Shown here one piece after another: positions 40,440-52,787 of a stretch of DNA of 64,000 nt. The stretch's first letter is position 1; each line of letters opens with the position of its first letter. Where the stretch lies: NCBI GenBank assembly GCA_002269645.1, contig NIVC01001253.1:124001-188000 (forward strand), read 5' to 3'. The translations under genes and the position numbers were made by a program. The notes beneath the pieces were generated by a model that had not been told where the DNA came from, made no database searches, and worked only from the letters and a program-made list of their open reading frames with translations. Origin of the DNA: Macrostomum lignano (taxonomy: Eukaryota).

Positions 40440-41115
40440 TCTGCCGCCTCTCCCTCTCCCGCCTCTACCTCTCCCGCCTCTACCTCTCCCACCTCTCCCT
40501 CTCCCACCTCTCCCTCTCCCACCTCTCCCTCTCCCGCCTCTACCTCTCCCGCCTCTCCCTCTCCCACCTCTCCCTCTCCCACCTCTCCCTCTCCCGCCTC
40601 TCCCTCTCCCGCCTCTCCCTCTCCCGCCTCTCCCTCTCCCGCCTCTCCCTCTCCCGCCTCTCCCTCCCACCTTTCCCTCTCTTGTCTCTCCCTCTCCCGC
40701 CTCTCCCTCTCCCGCCTCTCCCTCTCCCGCCTCTCCCTCTCCCGCCTCTCCCGCCTCTCCCTCTGCCGCCTCCCCCTCTCCCGCCTCTCCCTCTCCCACC
40801 TCTCCCTCTCTTGTCTCTCCCTCTCCCGCCTCTCCCTCTCCCGCCTCTCCCTCTCCCGCCTCTCCCTCTCCCGCCTCTCCCTCTCCCGCCTCTCCCTCTC
40901 CCACCTCTCCCTCTCCCACCTCTCCCTCTCCCGCCTCTCCCCCTCCCGCCTCTCCCTCTCTTGTCTCTCCCTCTCCCGCCTCTCCCTCTCCCACCTCTCC
41001 CTCTCCCGCCTCTCCCTCTCCCGCCTCTCCCTCTCCCGCCTCTCCCTATTCCGCCTCTCCCTCTCCCGCCTCTCCCTCTCCCGCCTCTCCCCCTCCCGCC
41101 TCTCCCTCTCCCGCC
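40440..41115. repeat. 15-bp polypyrimidine minisatellite (CTCCCGCCTCTCCCT)
   Basis: Direct reading; source of the RGG/ER/LPP/SPA ORFs. Confidence 0.95.
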
Positions 41116-41939
41116 ACTCTGTAAGCACTGGCTCAGTAAGTCGAGGCTCAGCCAGCATGTCCGGAGACAGCGCATGGCTGAGGTGTTAAAAACAAATCAA
41201 CGATCCGAAAAAACCCATCGACGAGTTGAAGCTCTCGAAGTCATTCGAGACCGGCGAAGTGCGGCATTCCCAGAGCGAAACGGCTCTCAGCAGTGCCGAC
41301 TTTGCGGTGTCTGCTGGGGCACCAGGGAGGCCGTCAACTCGCGCATCCGCCGCCTGCACAAGGAGCTACTGAGAGCTAGAAGCAAAGGATGCACCTGTGC
41401 TGTGCGACTGTCTCAGGGACTTCGACGGCGGCCTGCTAGATGAAGTTGCTGCCAAGATCAGGAACTTGCTCACCTGGCAAAACTGATGACCGCGGGGGCT
41501 TCAGTTCGCCGATTTCGAAACTCTCAGCTTGGAGTGCAACAGGCGTCCGATCGGTCGATGCCTGAAGGACCTGAAGTGCTGCGCTCTGAAGCAAAGCAGC
41601 TTCGGCTTTGGAGAAGGTCGGCCGATTTCTAAGCAAGCTTTAACGTCAGTCGCTCACTGAAGCCGAGCTGGAAAGCCATTTGGACTAGAAGACTAGAAAG
41701 ACTGGAAGAATTCGTCCATAAAATGAAAGGCGGGTATTTTATGGCAGACTGGTAGATCTGCAGGAGGCCAAGCTGGCGACATCCCAACAAATTTGTGCCG
41801 TCTTCGAAATGCACGATAAGTTCTTAGAGCAAGCCAAGATGGACACAAATGTCGGATCAAGCTAGGAGAAATTTACTTTAAATGTTTTTGCTTACATCAC
41901 CTTAGTCATTCAGCTGTTGGTCATTTTCTAGAGTCCGCG

Positions 41940-42185
41940 GGTCATTGAACTTTTGGTCATTGATTTTTTGGTCATTGATCTTTTGGTCATTGAGCTGTTG
42001 GTCATTGAGCTGTTGGTCATTGAGCTGTTGGTCATTGAGCTGTTGGTCATTGATCTTTTGGTCATTGAGCTGTTGGTCATTGAGCTGTTGGTCATTGAGC
42101 TGTTGGTCATTGAGCTGTTGGTCATTGAGCTGTTGGTCATTCAGCTGTTGGTCATTGAGCTGTTGGTCATTGAGCTGTTGGTCAG
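41940..42185. repeat. 15-bp minisatellite (GGTCATTGAGCTGTT)
   Basis: Direct reading; a shorter copy lies at 61825-61925. Confidence 0.95.
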
Positions 42186-42868
42186 TAAGTCAGGAAGAAG
42201 CTGGAGAGACTTGATGCAGCAGCCTGAGTTGAACTAGTAATTTTGTAAGCTTCTCTGGCTTTTTCGCAAGCTGTTTGAGAAATTTGCTTATATGTTTAGA
42301 TGTTCTTTTATCGCTTCAAATATGCTACTTGTTTATTTAAGCACTTGCTTTCAGAATCAGCTCAATCAGTCTGCACATAGATTTCATCATGTACCCTGCA
42401 GCGATTGACAGCATGTGGACGTCAGCGATTGACGTTATGAACATTCAGTGACTGACAGCCTGACAGCATCACCTGCAAGATTCCTCAAGTTTGAGCTGCC
42501 ATTGGAGGCCTTGAGACACCTGTCCGAAACCCGCAGTCTGCTTGGAATGGATCAAACTGGCTCATCCGACAACACAAGTTCGTACTCTGGACTTCGCTGT
42601 TCTTGCCCGAAGCTCTGCAGACTGCAAGGAACTTTAAGCTGGATTGGTCAGAGCATTTTTGGGAAAGAAGTTTTTTTAAAATTCTAAGAAATTTCCCTGG
42701 CAGAAGCACAGCAGTTCAATCCCTTTGTGTCTTTTGGAGCATCTCTGTATTCTGGTCGATGATACAAATAAATCTCGTAGTTCAGGATATTTTGGCTGAG
42801 CAGCTTTCTAAGAATAAGGAGTTTTAGGAAATATAGAATCTTTAGGCATCTTGACGCACGATCAGGTT

Positions 42869-43050
42869 CCACTGACTCATCTGTATTGGCGCCACTGACT
42901 CATCTGTATTGGTGCCACTGACTCATCTGTATTGGCGCCACTGACTCACCTGTATTGGCGCCACTGACTCATCTGTATTGGCGCCACTGACTCATCTGTA
43001 TTGGCGCCACTGACTCATCTGTATGGCGCCACTGACTCATCTGTGTTGGC
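42869..43050. repeat. 23-bp minisatellite (CCACTGACTCATCTGTATTGGCG)
   Basis: Period 23 (42961 and 42984); same unit at 60004-60491. Confidence 0.95.
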
Positions 43051-44879
43051 GTTGCCTGCCTGCATCTGATCAGGTATAATCTAAGCAACATCCTTTGAGC
43101 GTTCGACTCATTCATAACTCTGATGCCTCTTCACTTTGACGGATTCGAGACTGCACCTGAACTGGAGTGGAAAAGTGCGGTTACTAAAAACCATGTATCC
43201 TATTTTGTTGAGAGCCTCATCAACTCCAGCTTCACTTGAGAACCCACAGCTTAGGCCTTAAATTTTATGAGGCTGGTTAAGTCTATGGCCGCGCCAATGC
43301 AGCAGCAGCTATTTCAATGTGTTAAACATGCCTTTATGTCGTAAACCGGTGCCTTTATGAACTGTGTATATTTACTTGCATTAGAAAAAATATTTATGTA
43401 AAAAGAGTTCGCAAAAAGACAAGGCATTGTCATAAAACATATAAGGTGACATAAAGGGCTATTTGTAAGGGGTGAATAGTGAATACTGAACAGAAAAATA
43501 AAGACTTAGAACAAAGCGGACGTGAGCACTGAACAAAAGTTAAAAAATATTCAACAGATTTAAGCACTGGATAGTCGGAAATACTCAGTAGATGTGAACT
43601 TGTCTGGTCCTTCTGATCTGTCAATCACGCACTTATTGTAGTTATAGTGGCCACCTTGGATGATTTCCGGACATTTAAAAATGAATGTGTTTGTTGCTCT
43701 CCGTGTCACACCTCGAACGTCGAATTCAATTCCATAAAAGAAATACTCAGCCATTGTTGTAAATGGCGTCCGCACTCTCGCTGCACAAACCGGTGAGAGG
43801 GCAGTGAAGCACGCAGGTTTAGAAGTGCAAACAGCCACTTTGGGTGCCGTAGCTTCCCTCGCGATAGCAACTGGGTAAATTCACCGGCTTCCTTCTTGTG
43901 CGCTGTCCGCGGATTCTCTGTCGACGCCTTCAGTTTTCTCCTTGACAACAGGTGTAGCCTGAGAAAGATCCATTTGGTGTCACCGCTACTTTAGTACACC
44001 AATAAGTACATACATGCGCAACAGTCGGCCGAGTCGGCCGATCTGGCCAACCGATTTGGTGGCCAACCAGTGTAAGTCGCAAAAATGCCCACCCGAATAA
44101 ATACCCAAGTATGACCCAAGGTGACGAGGCATTTTGCCTTAATAAGACAGTTATAGTTATTCCTGCCGTTTACCCAAAGTTGCGTTGATTTTGCTTTAGG
44201 GTTTCTTTTACATGTAAGTCACATTTTTTTGGCCAAGAACTACGTCGCATTTTTGTTAAAACTAAGTCACACGGCCGACCGAATTTTGGAGGTTGCACAT
44301 GTATGAATAAGTACAATTATTCGGAGACTATGCTAATTAGATGAAGCAAGAAAAGAAGGCGATGAAATAATGGGAAGCCTTTTCCGAGAGAGCGATGCCA
44401 TCAGTATTTGATGCGCAGTGGTCTGACGCCGTCAGCTCCTCGTCAGAAAGTTCCGCGGTACAACATGGACTCCTATTATGGCGATAGTTGTGCAATTCAA
44501 GACTTGCGAAGATTTTCATTCGTCTTAGTTCTACAATCAGTAGGACTTGCTGGACAGATGTAAAATAATTGCCGCCGCTCACCTGCCGATAGACTCCAAA
44601 CTCTCATAGAGATCCACCTTTGGTGCCAGAAACACAAGCAGAAATATCGGTCTGCCAGAAATTGCAGTAGAAATTTCTCCGGTCCGGTTTCACTTTTGCC
44701 AAAGTAACTCAACTCAAGAAGTTTCCCAACCCTGTTAATTTAAACTAAACCAGATACCCAGTTTTATTTTTAGTTTTTCTTAGTTGTGCAACAGACTGCT
44801 GGGCATGGTGGCGCGGGTGACAGATTTACATTCCGGGTGGCTGCTTGCGTTTTTTATCTATGGGTAATCTCGGGATCTC

Positions 44880-45362
44880 TAAGGGGTCCTCTCTATCTAA
44901 GAGATATCTATGGCTAATCTAGGGGTATCCCTGGGCAATCTAACGGATATCTATGGCTAATCTAAGGTATCTATAGCTACTGTAAAGGGATATCTATGGG
45001 TAATTTAACGGATATCTATGGCTAATCTATGGGATATTTATGGCTAATCTAGGAGATATCTTATGGCTAATCTAGGGATATCTATAGCTACTGTAAGGGA
45101 TATCTATGGCTAATCTAGGGATATCTATAGCTACTGTAAGGGATATCTATGGCTAATCTAGGGATATCTATAGCTACTGTAAGGGATATCTATGGGTAAT
45201 TTACCGGATATTTATGGCTAATCTAGGGGATATCTATGGCTAATCTAGGGAATATCTATGGCTAATCTAGGGGATATCTATGGCTAATCTAGGGAATATC
45301 TATGGCTAATCTACCGGATATCTATAGCTACTCTAAGGGATATCTATGGGCAATCTAAGGGA
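44880..45362. repeat. ~21-bp degenerate minisatellite (GGGATATCTATGGCTAATCTA)
   Basis: Direct reading. Confidence 0.9.
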
Positions 45363-45924
45363 TGTCTGTCTGTCATTCTGTCTGTCTACGAAAATACCCC
45401 AGCCAATGAAAATGTGAAAATGAAAACGAGAAAAATAAAATGAAGAATGGCAGCTTCAGACGGAGGGGGGGCAGACCAGAATAAGCCAGCGGCAGGGAGA
45501 TAAGAGACGGAGGGCGCAGGGGTCGGGACAAGGACATTGTGAGGTGCAGCGCACAAAACCGCAGCAGCCTCAGTAGTGCCAATCTGCAGTGCCCCAAGCC
45601 TCTCTCACCAAATTTGCACCAAGCCGCAGGCGGTCCCACTACAGCCAAAGCCCCAAAACTTTTTGGCAACCCGAGCTGATAAAGTTCTCAGCGGCTGTGC
45701 GCCGTCCGCCTTTCTGCTTCCAGGGTCTCTTTGGTCTCCAAGCCTCTGCTGATTTCGATAAGACAGCAGCTGAGCCAACGTCAAAGTGAAATATCGCTGT
45801 GCGAACAGGTGCCGAGTGAGGCACAGATAAGCATTGCTGGGGCAGGCGGTAAGCAAACGCGCTGAACATTCAGCATGAAACTGATATTTAGACGCTTGAC
45901 CGTGAGGAACTCGCTACCCAGCAC

Positions 45925-46110
45925 CGGCGGTTGACAGCTGCTACTCTGACAGCAGACAGGAGAACCACCGGTGACTGACAGCTGCTGCTCTGACAGCAGA
46001 CAGGAGAAGCACCAGTGACTGACGGCTGCTACTCTGACAGCAGACAGGAGAACCACAGGTGACTGACAGCTGCTACTCTGACAGCAGACAGGAGAAGCAC
46101 CGGTGACTAC
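45925..46110. repeat. 44-bp repeat (about 4 units) upstream of ANK-cGLR copy 2
   Basis: Period 44 (45946 and 45990); shares the core GTGACTGACA.CTGC.ACTCTGACAGCAG with the 31-mer at 29108. Confidence 0.85.
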
Positions 46111-46425
46111 AAAATTGTCGAAAACATTATCTAAGGTAGGCGATGTTTTCACTTTAAATAAACATCTCAGCTCTACCTCTCCCTCCGTTTTCTTTGACAC
46201 ATCCGGTCTTACACTACCTCCCGCTCCCTCCTTTTCGCTATGAGTTCAGCTGCAGTGATGGCACCTAAAATTATCCTTCTCCTCCTTTTCCCTCCCCTCT
46301 CTCCCCTTCTTCACTCCTTCCCCTCTTTCTCATTCCCTCCTTATTCCTTCTTTATTCTCTTCTCTGTTCCTTTATTCTCTAACCACGATTTCCACAGATC
46401 ACAGACCGGACCACTTCAACTACGA

Positions 46426-48581
46426 ATGGGCCAATACCTCAGCTCCCATCAAGCTGTTACCACCGGCAACATCACCGCACTCAGAGCTCATCTGCTGCTT
46501 CGACCACGACAAACAGCCAAGACCCGCTTCTGCACAAAAAATGTTCAACTGGCTGCACGGTATGGTCACCTAGAAGTCGTGACATTTCTACTTCAGAGAA
46601 TTGCTGACCAGACAATAAAAGATGATTTCTGCATCCAAGCTGCACAATCTGCTGCAATTGAAGGTCAACTAGAAGTCGTCAAGTTTCTTGTCTAGACAGT
46701 CGCTGACCAAACAAAAAAAGATCGCTGCTGCATCCAAGCTGCAAAATCTGCTGCAATAAATAAGCAATGGAAAGTCGTCAAGTTTCTTGTCCAGACAGTC
46801 GCTGACCAAACTAAAAAAGATGATTTCTGCATCCAAGCTGCCACATATGCTGCAATCTTTGGTCACCTAGAAGTCGTCAAGTTTCTTGTCCAGACAGTCG
46901 CTGACCAAACTAAAAAAGATGATTTCTGCATCCAAGCTGCCGAATCTGCTGCAATCTTTGGTCATTGGGAAGTCGTCAAGTTTCTTGTCCAGACAGTCGC
47001 TGACCAAACAAAAAAAGATCGCTGCTGCATCCAAGCTGCAAAATCTGCTGCAATAAATAAGCAATGGAAAGTCGTCAAGTTTCTTGTTCAGACAGTCGCT
47101 GACCAAACTAAAAAAGATGATTTCTGCATCAAAGCTGCCGAATCTGCTGCAAGAAATGGTCACCTAGAAGTCCTCAAGTTTCTTGTCCAGACAGTCGCTG
47201 ACCAAACTAAAAAAGATGATTTCTGCATCAAAGCTGCCGAATCTGCTGCAAGAAATGGTCACCTAGAAGTCCTCAAGTTTCTTGTCCAAACAGTCGCTGA
47301 TCAAACAAAAAAAGATGATTTCTGCATCCAAGCTGCCACATCTGCTGCAATCTTTGGTCAATGGGAAGTCGTCAAGTTTCTTATCCAGACAGTCGCTGAC
47401 CAAACTAAAAAAGATGATTTATGCATCAAAGCTGCCGAATCTGCTGCAAGAAATGGTCACCTAGAAGTCGTCAAGTTTCTTGTCCAGACAGTCGCTGACC
47501 AAACAAAAAAAGATGATTTCTGCATCCAAGCTGCCGAATCTGCTGCAAGAAATGGTCACCTAGAAGTCGTCAAGTTTCTTGTCCAGACAGTCGCTGACCA
47601 AACAAAAAAAGATGATTTCTGCATCCAAGCTGCCACATCTGCTGCAATCTTTGGTCACCTAGAAGTCGTCAAGTTTCTTGTCCAGACAGTCCCTGACCAA
47701 ACTAAAAAACATGATTTATGCATCCAAGCTGCCGAATCTGCTGCAAGAAAAAGTCACCTAGAAGTCGTCAAGTTTCTTGTCCAGACAGTTGCTGACCAAA
47801 CTAAAAAACATGATTTATGCATCCAAGCTGCCGAATCTGCTGCAAGAAAAAGTCACCTAGAAGTCGTCAAGTTTCTTGTCCAGACAGTCGCTGACCAAAC
47901 TAAAAAAGATGATTTATGCATCAAAGCTGCCGAATCTGCTGCAATGAAGGGTCAATTGGAAGTCGTCAAGTTCCTCATCTCGTGCTTCTCGAGTTCGGAT
48001 CAGAGAGCGTATTTCTGTTTCCAATGCGCAGTCAAGGCTTGCTCTCGTCTTCACGAAGATGTCGTTTCCTTCCTCGGCCTCGAGCCCGACTGGCTCTTCC
48101 AATCCAGCGCCATCCTCAGCTTCACTGCAGCAATGGCCATCGAAGGCAGGAACTCTGTTCTCACCGACACCCTCTCTCGAATGCAGCCAGCTCACATCAC
48201 ACAGCTGCTCCGTCTCTCCATCTCTCAAAGACACGTTGCTCTTGCTGTCACACTGATCAATGATGAGCGAGTCAGCACAGGGCATGTCGATCTGCCAGAC
48301 AGCACTGGAGCCACTGCTCTCATGCTGGCAGCTGATGCAGGTTATCACGAGCTCATTGAGAAACTCATCGATCTCGGTGCGTCAGTGCGTGCTGAAGACA
48401 GTCAGGGTCGGACCGCTCTGTCACGAGCGTGCGAAGCCGGTCACGCGCGAGCAGCCAAGGCTCTGCTGGACAGAGGAGCGGATGCGAGTCATCGAGACGG
48501 TCGGGGTCAGACGTGTGAGCAGGTGGCACAGCGATTTGAGCAGCGGCAGGTGCTGCGGCTGCTGGATCCCACCGGAGCGGG
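46426..48581 (+). pseudogene. ANK-cGLR copy 2, coding exon 1: MGQYLS start, 15 ankyrin-like 33-aa repeats, canonical ankyrins; in-frame TAG at codon 90
   Basis: Acceptor TTCCACAG| at 46397, ATG at 46426. GTC TAG at 46690-46695 where sister units have GTC CAG. Otherwise one open frame (47944 is in frame) to the phase-2 donor GG|GTGAG at 48581/48582. Confidence 0.82.
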
Positions 48582-49599
48582 GTGAGTTCGTAGTGCGGTT
48601 TAGTTTTCTTATAACTGTCGCGTTTATGGAAGAATCCCAGCGAAATTCACCTCTAACTCGGGCTCCAATGTGGACCCTAATGCTGCGGTCACCCTAATCT
48701 ACTCGCAAACGACGCTGAGTCAGCTGGGACCAAACTCCCCGAGTAATTCCCGAATGTCTGACAAGCGTATCACTTGTAGCAGTTAAGGTGAGATGCGCGT
48801 ACGACGCTTCAAATCCCATGAAGAGTTTAAAAGCGGGGATTAGTCACTCGAAAACTCCCAATTCCAGACTACAAGCCTGGGAACGGATTTCTGTGATCAC
48901 TTACTGATTCGGGCTCCTCTTCTTTGTCGGGCGGGTCCGTAGAGCTCGTCTCCTCTGTTCGGTCTTCCTCCTGAGTAGTCTTCTTGAATTCTAGAATCGG
49001 TCGAATATGAGAGCTTAATATGTTAGTCCGTCGACGTCAATATATTCCTCTGGTGCAGAAAGCAATATATTCCTTGAGTGCAGAGATGCGCCCTAATAAC
49101 AAAGTCAACTCTATAACAATAACGAGGTCCACCAGAAAAGGCGTCTTCTAAAATAACGGAATCGGAGTCGTGTGCTCCTATCGGTTACTCTAGGGTACCA
49201 AAATCAATTGATCGATAATCGACTAAGAGTGTCGGAATCGGTTCGCAGATCCTATCCAATCCTTTAGGAATAGGGAGGCCTCAAATTCAATAGATCAGTA
49301 GAATTCGACTGATCAGTAACGGCCGGCAATGACACAGCTCTCAATAATCAATTAAATCAATTAACAGACTCAAATAACAAAGACTCTAACAAATGCTTAC
49401 CAATTAGTGTTTGTGTCTCTCAGAGATATTAGCCTTGCTTGGTAGCTCTGGCTAAGCGTTAGATCTCCTAAGGCTGCTCCGAGTCTGAGGTTTCAGCTCG
49501 GATTTTTCGCTTGTGTTTAAGTAATTGTTTTATTCCTCGCCTCATTGGCAGAATTCTTGAACTGCAGGTATCGTATTGTCAAATATTTTGCTGAATAAT

Positions 49600-52500
49600 T
49601 GTAGCTTGTAATGTACGTTCACTCTCAGTATGTACATTGTTGACTCGCATAAAAAAGCCATCACTGCCCCAAGGGGTCTTTGTTGATTTTTCTACACTGC
49701 CAAATACCGCGTGTTACAAGTGGTAGCAGAGCTCAGAATGGCAGAGGGCAGCCACCGCGCAATTCCGAGAACTTTTAGCTCTGGCAACTTTAGTGAGTGG
49801 CTGCAGTGGTTTGAGCTGTGTGCGACAGCCAACAACTGGACAAACGAGAAACACTTGCATCTGCCAACGTTTCTTGATGTCGAGGCTCTGGTGGTCTTCA
49901 TTGAGCTCGGCGACAAGGACAAGAGCGACTACAGTCAGGTGACCAAAGCATTAACAGAGGCCTTCCACCCAGACAGCCAGCACTTCTCAGCACTGGAGGC
50001 ATTCGAGAGCCGGAAGCTGCTGCCTGGTGAACCTCCTCGGCTGTTCCTCTACCACCTGAAGCAGCTGCTCAAGGACGCTGGCATCTGCAACAAGGATGCC
50101 ACGGACACCATGCTGACCCATCACTTCATCCGCGGACTGCCGGCGGATGTCAGCAGGCAGATCAGAGCCGATGCGACAGTCAAGACGGCGAGTGACGCTC
50201 TTGCGCGCGCACAACTGCTGCTGGAGCTGCCTTCTGCCACCACGGATGGAAGCCGGCAGCCTCTCGCGGCGGCAGCCGGAACTGCTTGCGGCAGCGCCGA
50301 AACGGCAGATCTAAGGGCTGCGGTCAGCTCGCTGCAGTCGACGGTCCAAGATCTCTGGCGGCGAAGCTGGGCTCAGAGGCTTCAGAATCCTGCGCGGTTT
50401 GCAGTGCGAGGAGACGGTGCGAGGTGACCTGCTGGAACTGCAACCGCCGCGGCCACATCGCCAGGAACTGCAAGCAGCCGTCGGGAAACGACACAGGCCG
50501 GGGCGGAGCCCCCTAAGACAACATTTGTCTGGACTTCAGCGACCGCGCAGAGGCACCACCAAGGAGCTCGTGCGCGATGGATGGCGTGAGCCACCTCGAC
50601 GCTGACAGCCAGCTGGAGGACCTCGAAGAGAAGCTGGTGCCGGATTTCAGCACGGAAGAGGTCGACCTGCCCGTCGTAAAGGACCCAGACATCCGAGCCC
50701 TGGTGCACGAGTTCAGCGAAATCTTCTCAAGGCGGCCGGGACTGACAGATTGCCACGAGCACAGCATCCCCCTGATCGACGATGTCCTGGTGCGGATCCC
50801 TACAAGGAAGCTGCTGGTGCACTGGGAGCCCGAGGTGAACAAGCTGATCCAGGAGCTGCTCGACAATGACTTCATCGATGAGTCGGACAGTCCGTACGTG
50901 GCGCCCCCGGTGTATGTGCGGAAGACGAACGGAGACCTGCGGCTGACGATCGACTACCGCGAGCTGAACAAGAAGACGGTGCGGTCGGCGCAGGGCATCC
51001 CGCAGATGGACTCTTCGTCAAGGACAAGCTGGCTGGCAACGAGATCTTTTCGGTGATCGACCTGAACGGCGGCTACTTTCAAATCCCGATCAAGCCAGAA
51101 GACAGGCAGAAGACGGCCTTCAGCGCTGGGCCCGGCATGCCGCTGTAACAGTTCAAGAGGATGCCACAGGGCGTCTGCGGCGGCCCAAGCTCGTTCACCA
51201 TCCTGATGAACCGCGTGTTCAAAGGCGCCGAACAAACATTCACCTACATGGATGACACGCTGTGCTTCTCCAAGTCGAAGGCCGAGCATCTCCAGCACAT
51301 GCGAGAAGTGTTTGAGAAGATCAGAGGCGCCGGGCTCACAGTCAGGGGCAGCAAGTGCCAGCTGGGCCTGTCGGAGGTCACGTTCCTCGGCACCGTGTTC
51401 TCGGCCAAGGGTGCCACGGTGAGTCCTGAGAAGGTGCGTGCCATTTAGGAGTGGCCGGAGCCGCAGTCCCCAACACAGGTGCGGCAGTTCCTGGGCCTCT
51501 GCAACCAGTACAGGAAGTACGTGCCAAGCTTCTCCGACATCGCCGGGCCGCTGCACAGACTGACCAGCAAGACGGAGAAGTTCGAGTGTACCGGCGAGTG
51601 CAGCACGGCATTTTGACGGCTCAAAGAGGCCCTGCAGCAGCCGCCGATCATCGGCCACTTGGATTTCTCCAAGGAGTTCCAGCTCTACACGGACGCCAGC
51701 AACACCGGAGTCGGGATCGTGCTCAAGCAAGGTGACCAGGTGATCGAGTACTGCAGCAGAGAAGGGCTACTCCGCTGATCCGAAGCTCAAGCTTGTCATC
51801 GATGCACTGGAGAACGACAGCACGACCCCGCCAAGATGATCCGACAGCAAACTGTGACACCTCAGCCGCATCTGGCGGAAGTTGCGGATTCAAGACGGCC
51901 TTCTCTGTCGCGCCTTCAACGACGCGTGATTCAGGTGCCCGTGATTCCGGAGTCGCTGCGGCGCCAGTTCCTCACTGACTTTTACGAGGGCATCGGCGGC
52001 CACTTTGGACCGGAGAAAATGGACCACACGCTGAAGCAGACCGTGTACTGGCCTGGGCTGCAGAGCGACGCGGTGAGTTTCTGCCAGGAGTGCCAGACCT
52101 GCCAGCTGAAAAAGGCGCAGCTCCGGCCCGCAGCGCCACTCGGTGAGATGCCGATCGGCAAGCCCTGGTAGGCGGTGGAGATCGATGTGCTGAAGGTGCC
52201 GACATCCGAGCGAGGCAACAGCTACCTGCTGGTGATGCACGACCAGTTCTCCAAGTTCCTGACCGCCGTGCCGATGCCAGATCAGACCGCCAAGACCATC
52301 GCGGACGCTGCAGTGAAAGTCTTCTCCCTGCTCGGAGTCTCGTCCGTCCTCCACTCGGACCAGGGCGCGAACTTCGGGAGCGAGCTGTTCCAGGAGACGC
52401 TGCGAGCACTGGGCATCAAGAAGACGCGCACCACGCCGTACCATCCGCAGGGAAATGGACTGGTGGAGCGCGGCAACAAGTCGCTGCTGCAGCTGCTGCG

Positions 52501-52787
52501 GCTGTTCACCGAGACCGAGTCCAGCTGGGAGGAGCAGCTGCCGCTGGTGGTCCTGTCCTATAACTCCAGGGTCCACAGCTCAACCAAGGTGGCGCCGCTG
52601 ATGGTGATGACCGGCCGCGACCCGCAGCTCCCGCCGCATTTCAGAGCAGCGAGCGGCACTTCGATATCGGCACCTACTCGGCACAGCTGGAGCGTCGGCT
52701 GGCCCGAATCCGCGAGTTCGTCGAGGAGAACCTGGTAGCCGCCGGGCAGCAGCAGAAGGCGGCTCACGACAAGAAAGCGACGCAGCC
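49600..52787 (+). mobile_element. Decayed Ty3/Gypsy LTR retrotransposon in copy 2 intron (left boundary uncertain)
   Basis: LTR-like end ..GTGTTACA at 49718, 2-nt spacer, PBS TGGTAGCAGAG (49721-49731, complementary to the initiator tRNA-Met 3' end). gag from ATG 49738 with a CX2CX4HX4C knuckle (50430-50471). RT (LRLTIDYRELN, YMDD at 51245-51256), RNase H start (FQLYTDAS), integrase HHCC and D,D(35)E (EIDVL, HSDQG, NGLVER) in RT-RH-IN order. Several stops and frameshifts; no 3' LTR seen. Confidence 0.92.

Noticed and set aside
40293-41443. RGG-, ER-, GEA-, LPP- and SPA-rich ORFs (also 60676-61830) as real RNA-binding or collagen-like proteins
   Set aside because: All six frames are open over one 15-bp unit; these are simple-repeat artefacts.
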